DNA of 63,039 nucleotides, the filler included, from Globobulimina sp. (taxonomy: Eukaryota): assembly GCA_003354225.1 (NCBI GenBank). It is 28 parts of 28 records of this genome, joined end to end, with 100 filler letters (N's around TTAATTAATTAA, not from the genome) between each part and the next. Parts side by side here need not be neighbours in the genome. Positions count along the whole stretch, not along the records: positions 11,282 to 13,437 come from PIVH01008571.1; positions 13,538 to 15,693 come from PIVH01008572.1; positions 15,794 to 17,949 come from PIVH01008573.1; positions 18,050 to 20,204 come from PIVH01008574.1; positions 20,305 to 22,459 come from PIVH01008575.1; positions 22,560 to 24,714 come from PIVH01008576.1; 22 more parts are not named here. One strand, given 5' to 3'. The notes under the pieces were generated by a model, which was given only the letters and a program-made list of their open reading frames with translations, did no database searches and had not been told where the DNA came from. Made by a program: the position numbers and the translations under genes. Each line of letters opens with the position of its first letter. Position 1 is the first letter of the stretch. Positions 12,528 through 22,879 of this stretch are shown piece after piece.

Positions 12528-13097
12528 ATGGATTTCGATTGGGAATCAAATACTAAACAATTCTTGAATTTTTTGAAATTCCTGGCCCAGTTATCAAATG
12601 CTGAGAAACGTTCATTTATCGACAATGCCACTAACAAACATGTGAATATGTTGGTTGCTTTCATTCGCCTTTGCAGTTCTGGAAAGGTATTATGTCAGGA
12701 CAAAAAACTTTTCAATCAGTTGGCAAAACATAGCGAAGTATTTTTTGCTCTGAAAATGGCAAAAAAACCAAAAATCAATACCGCTGAAAAAGTGCAAGAT
12801 TTCAAGCGAGTGCTTCATGATAAATACAGTCTCCTCAACTTGTTGGCTCCATATCTCGAACAAAGTTTGGTCGAGTATCAGCGAGGTGGACAACTTGGAA
12901 TTGATTCCACACTTTTACTACCCAAAATATTCGCCAGGAAACGCATTAGAATCAGAAAACCAAAAACTGCCTGTGGAGAGAAACAAGTAACTTGCTCAGG
13001 GGATCAAAACACTATCGGTGTCAAATCCCTGGATGAAAAGGAAATTAAAACTGAAGAGGAAGAGAAAAAATTCAATTCCATGATTGTCAAAACTTAA
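12528..13097 (+). CDS. Polinton/adintovirus small basic core-protein-like ORF
   Basis: LKFLAQLSNAEKRSFIDNATNKHVNMLVAFIRLCSSGKV...LAKH...LLNLLAP...YQRGG resembles the Polinton pattern 'L..L......R..IL..A....I......N...G.I...QxGG'. Confidence 0.6.
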   Translation: MDFDWESNTKQFLNFLKFLAQLSNAEKRSFIDNATNKHVNMLVAFIRLCSSGKVLCQDKKLFNQLAKHSEVFFALKMAKKPKINTAEKVQDFKRVLHDKYSLLNLLAPYLEQSLVEYQRGGQLGIDSTLLLPKIFARKRIRIRKPKTACGEKQVTCSGDQNTIGVKSLDEKEIKTEEEEKKFNSMIVKT

Positions 13098-13193
13098 TTA
13101 TACGATATTTTTGATTATCAATTGAGGTTAATTATACTATTTTACTGATTTAACTTTTTATTGCAATAAAAAAATTTATTTATAAAAAAATTT

Positions 13194-13267
13194 TGTTCCC
13201 GCCAAGAGTCGAACTTGGACCTTAGAGCGCACAAACTTCTCTACGCTCACCACTGATCCACGAGAAC
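13194..13267 (-). ncRNA. tRNA-like Pol III gene (74 nt) with an 11-nt anticodon loop
   Basis: GTTCTCG TG GATC AGTGGT GAGC G TAGAG AAGTTTGTGCG CTCTA AGGT CCAAG TTCGACT CTTGG CGGGAAC A. It has a 7-bp acceptor stem, 5-bp anticodon and T stems, A- and B-boxes, and a T7 run 4 nt after the acceptor stem. Confidence 0.8.
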
Positions 13268-14296
13268 AGATAAGAAAAATGGCAGAAAACTGGATTCAAG
13301 TATGGGTGAAAAGATATAATTTATTTAACAAACAAAACATCTATAATTCCTTAAATACTTTTCAATTACACTATTACAAAAAAATTGAAATATAATTCCA
13401 CAATTCCAATGTAAATTCCGACATTCCAAACTAACATNNNNNNNNNNNNNNNNNNNNNNNNNNNNNNNNNNNNNNNNNNNNTTAATTAATTAANNNNNNN
13501 NNNNNNNNNNNNNNNNNNNNNNNNNNNNNNNNNNNNNATTCGCAGTTGACCTAGTATTCGAGTCCTAGTATTCAAAGTTTAGAAGTGTAAGCCTAAAAAG
13601 TCAAATGATTTTCAGCATAATAACGTTACTCAATTGAATTGACTTAGAAGTGTTTTTTTGCCGTTAACTGATTTCTCTTTCGCTGTCGAGGCTTGGCAAT
13701 CTGATTAGTTTCTAAAATAGTTACTAAATAGTTGCAAAATCATTGCTGAATAACCTAGGTTTCTAATTAGTTACTAAATAATTACTAAATAGTTTCTTAG
13801 TATTTTAACCATTGTATCAAAAGTCAGTTATATAATCTCAGCTGGTATTATACATATTTTCATAATCATTGTCGTACGTGTTTTAGGATCCATAGGCTTT
13901 TGGTATTTTGGAACTTTGCGATTCTTCTGTCCCGCTGCACAATAGAAACGTTTCTCAAGGTTTTGAGCAGGTTTTTCTGTCAATCAGCAACGCATTTGTT
14001 ACCTTATAACGTTTTTGTCAGCCAGCAATTCATTTCTGTACAGACGCAAAGTTCTAAAAGTCCTGGATTCCTAAAAAACGACAATGATTATGAAAAGAAA
14101 CTGAGCGACAATGATTTTGACAATTAGTATAAATATAATCCCAAAACCCTTTTCGAACACAACAGTTGGGTGAAATTCTTAATTTGGGCAAACTGAACAT
14201 TCCCATACTAGCCACTACTGATGTTAGAGTCGCTGAGAAGTTTTTTCGCACTGACTTGGATTGTTTAAATAGGTTGTTTGTGATTAAGTTAGATTA

Positions 14297-15693
14297 TTAT
14301 AGATTTGCTGATTTCTTAACAAACTGCTTTGCATGGCCACACTTAAAGCCCATTTGTTTCAGCTCCTCTTCACATAAATCTTTCCACAGCTCAGGGAATT
14401 CATAACCTTCATCATTCATCAATATCTCACCATATTGATTCAGTTTCCATTCTTTTAACAATTGCACTCCATCTAATTCAGCATCAGCATCACCATATTC
14501 ATATACTTTATCACCAACATTGTTTCGAATATATTTATCAGCATATTCATAGGCCAAATTATTACTATATTTATCTTCAAATAATCTCGCTATATATACA
14601 TAGTCCCGTAACATAAAGAAAAAAAACATTATATATATACGCAAACTAAAACTTACCCTTTTTGTACATAGAATGACTGACACTTTTATGTTTATAAAAT
14701 AATTCATGATGTAACTGTACTTCGCACACAACAATGCCTTGCGACTGTGGACAATTAATATTGATCAACAGATCTCTATATCCAAATGGTACATCACGTG
14801 GATTAAATCTATCCTTACATCTTAAAATCCCACCATTGGCTTCAGTCAATGTCTCAATAATTCCGAAACATCGATATAAATCATCAAAATTATCAAATAC
14901 CAACGAACAGCGCAATACATCGGTCAATCGTTGATGTGCTTTGTTACCGTAATCAATGGCATAGACATAAAAGGTTTTGTAAAATGCTCTTTCTATGTTC
15001 TTTTGTTTTGCTTCAGGCTTTGATATCATTTTAATATTTGCTTTATTACATTCAGAGTGCAACATTTTTAGCCAATCCTTAAATGCAGTCAAATCTGTGT
15101 ATGCTTGAAATAATAAATCAACGAATGACAATGTATGGCAAATTGGTTTCGATTTCTCCTCATAAATAGATATATTTTTGGCATATTTCTTTCTTGCGTC
15201 TTCTTGTTTAAATTTTTCCTTTTTTGTGTATTGATAATTAAATAAATTTTCAATCAAAATAATATTTGTTAAAAAATCATTCATTGCTGTTATATTCATA
15301 ATTTCTGTCAATAATTTTTTCTCTGTGTCTAGTGCTTTAATTTTAGCATTTTGTAGTTTTTTCCGTTGTTGACCTGATTTATTAATCATTAGATTCACTG
15401 TTTTTTCTTGTTTGGACATAAAATTAAAATGATTTTTGATAATATTCAATAACTGATTTATTTGAGTCTCAAATGATGAAATTGCGGTTGGATTGATATT
15501 ATTTGTAAACTCTGTTACTTTTTCCTCATTGTTATCCATTTCATAGAAAGAGGAACGCATTTGTTTCTGTGCAATATTTCTGAAAAAATATATATTTATC
15601 AAAAAATATAACATACATTTTGTAATTCTAATACTTTATCTCTCACTTCATTGATGTCATTTGCATTTACCACCAACAATGAGGCAGAAAGAC
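14297..15693 (-). CDS. RelA/SpoT-like nucleotidyltransferase domain + C-terminal SAM domain, 5'-partial; intron 14590-14656 and a short intron near 15568-15616
   Basis: KQKNIERAFYK, LTDVLRCSLVF, ILRCKDRF, GYRDLLINI, CEVQLH. A GTAAGT...TAG intron gives YKKA|RLFE and leads to SAM-like LLKEWKLNQYGEIL...DLCEEELKQMGFKCGHAKQF. Confidence 0.8.
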
Positions 15694-15793
15694 NNNNNNN
15701 NNNNNNNNNNNNNNNNNNNNNNNNNNNNNNNNNNNNNTTAATTAATTAANNNNNNNNNNNNNNNNNNNNNNNNNNNNNNNNNNNNNNNNNNNN

Positions 15794-16130
15794 CGCCTCC
15801 CAAACGCCACATTCACCGCCTCCCATACGCCCAAATCCAGCGCCTCCCAAAACGCCACTTCCACCGCCTCCCATACGCCCAAAACACCTCATCCCATACG
15901 CCCAAAACGCCTGCTCTCAAACGCCCAAACCACCGCCATAACCACGCCAAATCTACCGCCTACCATACGCCCAAATCACCGCCTATCAAACACACAAATC
16001 CCCGCCTCCCATACGCACAAATCACCACCTCCCAAACGCACAAATCCCAGCCATAACCACCGCCATAACTACCGCCAAAACCACAGCCATTACCACGCCA
16101 AATCCAACGCCATAACCACCGCCAATCCAC
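15794..16130. repeat. Degenerate tandem repeat of about 21 bp (CCGCCTCCCATACGCCCAAA-type) grading into CCACCGCCATAA units; Gly-rich coding potential on the minus strand
   Basis: Repeated units are visible directly. The minus strand reads GGFGRMG/GGGY-like but with frameshifts. Confidence 0.75.
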
Positions 16131-16394
16131 CGTATAAACGATCTTTTGATGATCGAATTTGGATGGAAGTTGATCCGAAGACTAAGCATCCATTGTTTTT
16201 GATGCTGCGACTAAAAAGTTTTGCTTTGAGCTTAAAGTTTTCGATCGTTTGTGTCTTGTTGGATGGATTATTATGGTTTGTATTTGTATTTTTTTCCCAT
16301 GAAACCAATCAAAATCCGAAAACATACATTAGTTTTTATTATTACATAGATTCACAAAAATCCACTGTATTGTCTTTTTTTTGGTAAAACATTG

Positions 16395-16543
16395 TACCAA
16401 AAGGCAGGTTTATTCTCGGCTATGAACGTGTTTCCAAAAAACAGTTTTTAAGGTCTCGGGGCGCCACAAGGGCGCGCCCCCTTGACCTTAAAAACTGTTT
16501 TTTGGAAACACGTTCCTAGCCACGAAATTACTGCCTTTTGGTA
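16395..16543. repeat. 149-bp fold-back palindrome (MITE-like)
   Basis: Perfect 32-bp inverted repeat at 16424-16455/16484-16515, outer TACCAAAAGGCAG/CTGCCTTTTGGTA arms and an inner GGGGCGC/GCGCCCC stem. Confidence 0.9.
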
Positions 16544-17037
16544 AAATACTATTATGGAGATCAGCAACAAAAACAGTAATGGAACATGTTGACTTTACAA
16601 GGGCGACTACCAAACCCATGCAGTATATTTACATATTTTGTAAATACCTGAATTTTATTTATATTTTGTCAAGATATATAAATTTGCACTTTTTTTGTTG
16701 AAAAATAGTTTATTTACTTTTGAGGTCTGACACTGATTCAAAACTTTAAACAGAACGTTATCTTTCAAACGAATGTTTCATTGAATTGAGAATATTAATG
16801 TATAGCAAAGCGTTGCTGTCTATAGAACCAATTCAAAAGAGAGTTTTCAAGAATGTATTGACTTCACTGCTTGAAAAACCTTTTTCTTTCTCTCTAAATA
16901 ACCACAGGAGAAACTTTGCAAGTTTATTTAGAGCAAAAATAAGAATAAGTTAGAAGAACTAAAACAAAAAAGAATTAATACGCAAACAACATAAGAAACA
17001 AAAAACAAAAAATACACAAACAACAAAATAAACAAAT

Positions 17038-17949
17038 ATGTTAAAAAACATAACAACATTAAATAATGCAACTTATAAGAATATGCAAGAAAATATGTCC
17101 TTGACATTGGCGGTTGACTACATTGAGTTAGTTTATCTATTCAAAGGATATTATAATTATGCAAGATTAGGTTATGAAGAGGTAGAGGATGCAACGGCAA
17201 TATCCAATTTTGCAAGGAATAAATTATCATTAATTCCGCAAAAAGTACAGGATAAATGTCTGAATTTATTGGAACCATTGATCAATGGCATTGGTGGTTC
17301 AGTACATCAACGAAAACAAAGAATTGTGACCATATTATCGGCGTTGTTTACGGTCGCTTTATGTGTGTTAAAACCAAATACCATAAATTTCTTGAAACAA
17401 ACAATATTGAATATCTCACATCGCCTAAATCTCCAATTAACGCAATGGATACAGAATGCAGATCCAAAAGCGTCGCACACGTTTAATCATATTGATTATA
17501 AACAATTAAAAGGATGGGGTTTAGACGACGATGATAACAGTTTAATGATGGATGTGATGAAAAAGTGTGGAGCATTGATGTATGAAATTGCATTTTTGGT
17601 AAAAACCACAGAGAAATTCACCAAAAATATACGGAGCATAAATGATAAGAATAAGCATCAGTTGATAGATAAGGTGGAATTGCATAAGATGTGTTTATTA
17701 TATTTTGCCCCAATCCAAGCTGGTTTGGATAAGCAAGAACCATTATTTGCGCCGCCAGTAAATCAGAATATAAATAATAATAAAAATAAAAACAAAAAAG
17801 CAAATACTTCGACAGATAAGACTGCGTTGACTAATTTCTTTGGGCAGGTAACGAATACGAATGATAATACGAATTCAAATAATACGAATTCAAATAATAA
17901 CGCAAATCCCAATACGTATCCCGACATAAATCATTTCCTAAATCCGAGC
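17038..17949 (+). CDS. Hypothetical protein, 3'-partial, Asn-rich tail
   Basis: About 300-codon open frame running to the contig end, with no recognised motif. Confidence 0.6.
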
Positions 17950-18490
17950 NNNNNNNNNNNNNNNNNNNNNNNNNNNNNNNNNNNNNNNNNNNNTTAATTA
18001 ATTAANNNNNNNNNNNNNNNNNNNNNNNNNNNNNNNNNNNNNNNNNNNNCCCATAATATATAAACATTCTTCACCATTTATTGCTGCTAGCCATGAATAC
18101 ATGAAAGAAAGCCATAAACTCCAAAATCGTTTGAATGTGCTCGAGGTGATGAAAATGTAATTATAAAATCTCGTTTCCATTGATCAAAATACATAATATC
18201 TCTAACTAAAGAATAATAGAGCATTCCGTAATTATATATCAAAATAAATCCTTTGAGCATTGATAAAGCAATTGATATGCATGGATAACGACTTTGAATG
18301 CTGACATCTTCTTTGCTCTTGTTCTGTGGTCGAAAAACAAATAACACCAATATTAATTGAGGGAAAAATGTAAAAATAAACATCATTGTAATTGGTTGAA
18401 GTGTTGTTGAATCCACACAATCTGGAAAATCAGTCGCCCATTATAAATTAAATGTATGAATATGAATTAACTGTTTTCGACTCACCTTGA

Positions 18491-20204
18491 GTGAAATTTC
18501 TGGAACATTGTCTTTCTGAAATGCAACCACAAATCAAGCTTGCACAAATGCACAAACGCGACAAAAGAAAAGCATTCAAATCCAAATCAAAATCTGTTGT
18601 GGATCATAATAAAAACAAATATAAGAATCGACGACAGCAACATGAATGTTTTGGATGTTTTTTATTTATTTTAATAAATATTTCATCATTTCTGATGATG
18701 AATAGCAACATTGACAATAATCTTCCATTTGTCCAACCAGAATCCATTAAATCATACAAATTCTCAGAAGAAAGAGCATTAATACACATCCAAACATTAT
18801 CATCATTTGGCATTCGAACCGTTGGTAGCTATTCAAATGAGTTTCTATCACCAAATTATATTATTAATTACATTCAAAATACAAATAAAACATTATCAAT
18901 CAACAATAATGATAACTTAATACAGAATAAATTAGAAATAGACATACAAAAAGTATCAGGAACATTTGCTTTACATGATTTCTTAGGTGGTTTTGTCAAT
19001 AAATACGAAAATATTACAAATATTTTAGTGCGAATTTCAAATCCGAATAAACCAGAAACATTATCCACAGCAATACTAATCAGCGCACACTATGACAGCG
19101 CATTGGGATGTTCAGGAATGTCGGATGACGGAATAAATATTGGTATAATGATGGAATTGTTTCGTAATTTTTTATTCACACAAAATGAATTGCAATTTTC
19201 ATTAATATTTAATTTTAATGGCGGAGAGGAAACAATATTGCAAGCAGCACATGGTTTTATTACCAAACATGAATGGAGAGAAAGCATAAAATTATTCATT
19301 AATTTAGAAGCATCCGGTGCTGGAGGAGCAGAAATATTATTTCAAGCAACATTGAATAACGGCTGGCTCATTAATGAATATGCAAAGAGTGCCATATATC
19401 CATATGGTCAAAGTATTGGTAATGTGATATTTTCCAGTGGAATAATACCCGGATTGACTGACTTTACTGTCTATACTGATTATGGTAAAAATATTATTCC
19501 TGGTCTAGATTTTGCATTTACTGACAATGGCTACGTGTACCATACAAGCAAAGATGACATCGATCAAATTGATATCGGCTCATTACAACACTGCGGTGAT
19601 AATATGTTAGCTTTAATTCAAAAGTTAAATAATGATTTGACTGATAAAAATTCATTATTTTATAAGTATTTATTTGTGGATAAGAATAAATTAAGTTTGA
19701 TTGATAGTATTTATATTTATGATAATTATGTTTTTTATGATATACTTGGTCGAATAATGATTGCTTATCCATACTCATTTGCAATATTGTTGCATATTAT
19801 AATTTGTGTCTTATTTTTCCATGTTATAATCAATAAATATCAATTGAACCAATCCAAAACATATGTTTTTGCATTTATGATTCGGATTTTATTGGCAAAT
19901 ATTTGTGGGATTATTGTGAGTTTATTAGTTGGTATTTTTTCATATTTTTTCTTAACATTGCGATGGTTTAGTTATCCTTTAATGAGTAATTGTTTTGCTT
20001 TGCCGTGTATTGCTATGATAATATTTGTACACAATCAATTTAATACACACTCCAAATTAGATCGAAAGTTATCTCCATTACAACTTGAATCATACATAAT
20101 TATCGCAGATGCATTGTGGTGGTATATTATGTTTATGTCAATGACACTGTTTGTTGTGGGAATCTCTGTAATCTCATTATTTTGGTGTTTAGCTTTTTTA
20201 CTTA
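18491..20204 (+). CDS. ERMP1: ER metallopeptidase 1-like (M28/Fxna) membrane peptidase, 3'-partial
   Basis: FSEERA, ILISAHYDS, SDDG, FNGGEETILQAAHGFITKH, FINLEASGAGG, IPGLTDF, GLDFAF..NGYVYHT, followed by TM helices. The true start is probably a downstream ATG. Confidence 0.9.
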
Positions 20205-20304
20205 NNNNNNNNNNNNNNNNNNNNNNNNNNNNNNNNNNNNNNNNNNNNTTAATTAATTAANNNNNNNNNNNNNNNNNNNNNNNNNNNNNNNNNNNNNNNN
20301 NNNN

Positions 20305-21668
20305 TGAATTAGGAAAACAGCACCAGAAATATGATGTGGACAGTATTTGAATGGTTTGCAGCCGTTATGCACCATAAAGGAGTAAATGCTGCGCGTTAAT
20401 AAAGGAAATACAAAGATAGGATGTCCCCGATACTCAGCATCGTGTAATATGTGGATGCAACAGGAAGTATTTCGAGAATCATGTCGGCGGATTTTATGCA
20501 AAATGGCTAATTCGGTCTGTGCAGCGAGTTGGTATTTGTACACATTGCGAATGACCTTGACGGCGTATCTTCGTTGTGGCGAATGGATGTCATTGCACTC
20601 AAACACGCGGCTAAAAGTGCCTTTGCCTAATTGTCGAATCATAGCGTACTGTTTGCAGATAATGAGACCGGGCGTGAACTGCATGTAACCCTTCTGATCC
20701 ACGATGGGCACAATGGGCTCCATGGTGACGGTGGTGGCGGTTTCTTGCGTGGTGATGGAGATGCTGTCGTCATCTGTATGTATTGTAATTGTATGTAGTA
20801 TGTGGTAATTGTATAAAAAACACTTTGTTATTCCATATTATATATATATATTTGTTATAAGATACCTGTATTGTTGTTGGCGTTGGGTGGATCTGCGATG
20901 TCTTCGTCTTCGGAGAGGACATAAATAGGGATATCCGGATTGGCCGGGTGTGTGGTGATGGTCTTCCACGGCATGTTGGTGTTGGCGGCCATGGCCATGG
21001 CGTTGTGGTGCGGTTTCCTGTGAACAGAACATGACGAATCATGCAAGACAATGTGGTTATTATTATTATTCTGAGTCAGTGTCAGTGTGTGAGGCATGGA
21101 GGACGACGAAGAGTAAGCGGACGATTTCGATTTGGAGGAGGAAGAAGATCGGAAGTCGCTGTTATTATTATTAGCAGCTATGGGGAGCTGGTGGTCGTTC
21201 TCATTGTTTTCAGTATTTTCAGCATTTTTAGTGTTTTGCTGCCTGTAATTGGCACCGTAAACATTCAATAAACGGTAATTTGTCTTCCTCCGACAAGATC
21301 GAATGGGATGCTTTTCTCGCCAGCTGTGGAAAAACGTGAATGTTATAATTACATAGATTTGCGTGTATATGGCATGAAGTTACGGTATTTTTGCAAGAAT
21401 TTTCGAGATTATTTTTCATTATTTGCGGAAAAGATTGATTTAATACATTACATACATACCCTTTATTGGTGGTGTTGGTGTTGGTGTTGGCAGAGTAAGG
21501 ATGCGGCTGTGGATTGATTGTGATCCGTTCGAGTTCTATGCGATTGTTGTATAATTGATGGTGATTGGCATATTTTTGTCGTTTGGATTGAGAATATGGT
21601 GCGTTTTCTAATGCGGTTATGGCGCGTTTTCTATTCTGTTTTCTTGATTTTAGATTGTTGGATGACAT
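20305..21668 (-). CDS. CLK/LAMMER-like dual-specificity kinase, 3'-partial; introns 21324-21459 and 20774-20865
   Basis: LGKGTFSRVFEC, YAVKVIRNVYKYQLAAQTE and GHPIFVFPLL after a long low-complexity N-terminus. Both introns restore frame. Confidence 0.85.
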
Positions 21669-21932
21669 ATTTTAGTTTGGCTATGTTTTGGACCCTTTTT
21701 GGTGTAAATGATGTGCGTGTATAATTGACGTCAGTTTTGCGTGTTTGCATAAATATGTTACATACTTATATTTGAAATTGGTTGCTGTATTATAGCACAC
21801 TATAAAAAACTGAGCGTTGCTATATAAACACAGAGAGAATATATATATAGATTTGAGTGAGAAGTTGATAATGTTGCTATTAACAGTGAAGTTAAAAAAA
21901 GCTTAAAAAAATTTTTACTTACTTAATTTCGC

Positions 21933-22055
21933 ACTGTATTTAATTTTGCACTTGATATTGAATTGCGAAATTAAATCCATGTAAAATACTTGTATACAAA
22001 AGCTATTATAAATTTTATTTCGCACTTAATATTGAATTGCGAAATTAAATACAGT
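21933..22055. repeat. Small nested inverted/direct repeat element (MITE-like)
   Basis: Terminal inverted repeat ACTGTATTTAATTT(T/C)GCA (17/18 match). Internal direct repeat at 21948-21976/22022-22050 (28/29 match), each copy an imperfect palindrome. Confidence 0.7.
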
Positions 22056-22208
22056 ATGTTAAATAATTCAACTAAGGACGGTATTGCAGAATTTCACATT
22101 CTGTGCTAAGTAATTAGTGCGAATTAACATATTCAGATCCGGCCATAACGAGAAAAACAGAGAAAACAGAGTTTCTCGATCAAATATTAATGCTTTTGCA
22201 TTAGGATC

Positions 22209-22341
22209 TTTACTCAGTGTTGAAGCAGCCAACACGGCAGAAACCGTCGCCGCAAAACGCAGTTTATTGGCTGCCTTGAATGCGGAGCCAACGCTTCGGG
22301 AGTTTGAGCAAGGCCACACTGGTGCTGTGACTGCTGTAGCA
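22209..22341 (+). other. Short fragment resembling a bacterial NTPase-WD40 protein
   Basis: LLSVEAANTAETVAAKRSLLAALNAEPTLREFEQGHTGAVTAVA is the linker plus the start of a first WD repeat. Locally GC-richer and ends abruptly. Confidence 0.55.
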
Positions 22342-22879
22342 TAAGTACCTAAGCAAAAGAAATCGAGTATTGTAAACCAACGCCATCAAGCACTTTTTGT
22401 AGTTCTTGTTTCAATTGTCTGTAGCTTTGATAAGCAGAAAGAGGTAACCATTTATACCTNNNNNNNNNNNNNNNNNNNNNNNNNNNNNNNNNNNNNNNNN
22501 NNNTTAATTAATTAANNNNNNNNNNNNNNNNNNNNNNNNNNNNNNNNNNNNNNNNNNNNGTTTTCCTATTTGTTGAAAGAAGTAATTATTTAATAAATAT
22601 ATCAATTGATTGTTGGATAAATGTTTGACGGATTTAAACAAAGTACACTGTGAACCATCCACTTCATCCCACGCATCACCGTCGATTTCAATGCATTGCA
22701 TGTTTTTCAATGAAATTCACAGAATATGAAAAGTGTGTAAAATCAGTGCCATTTCAATGCAAACTGTGTATTGTCGATGAAAACAAATAGTATCAGATTT
22801 GTTAGATTTGAGTTAGATTCATAATCTAATAATCTAATATTCAAAAATCAATGATTTTTCTAATTCAAACTATTACAGT

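Larger units (their letters stand above)
11282..13437. mobile_element. Polinton/Maverick (adintovirus-like) element fragment
   Basis: A Polinton-type integrase N-terminus and a small basic protein resembling the conserved Polinton core-protein-like ORF lie on the same contig. No TIR, PolB or capsid gene is visible. Confidence 0.75.

Noticed and set aside
13194-13267. Calling this a functional tRNA-His(GTG) or tRNA-Val
   Set aside because: The anticodon loop is 11 nt and the D stem has a mismatch. TTGTGCG resembles a His loop but has 4 extra nt on its 5' side, so it is kept as tRNA-like ncRNA only.
13700-13800. TAGTTACTAAA-type short repeats as iterons or CRISPR
   Set aside because: Few, degenerate, AT-rich units without unique spacers or associated genes.
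11445-15693. Polinton carrying a RelA/SpoT gene
   Set aside because: Different contigs (linker 13438-13537), so adjacency reflects length sorting only.
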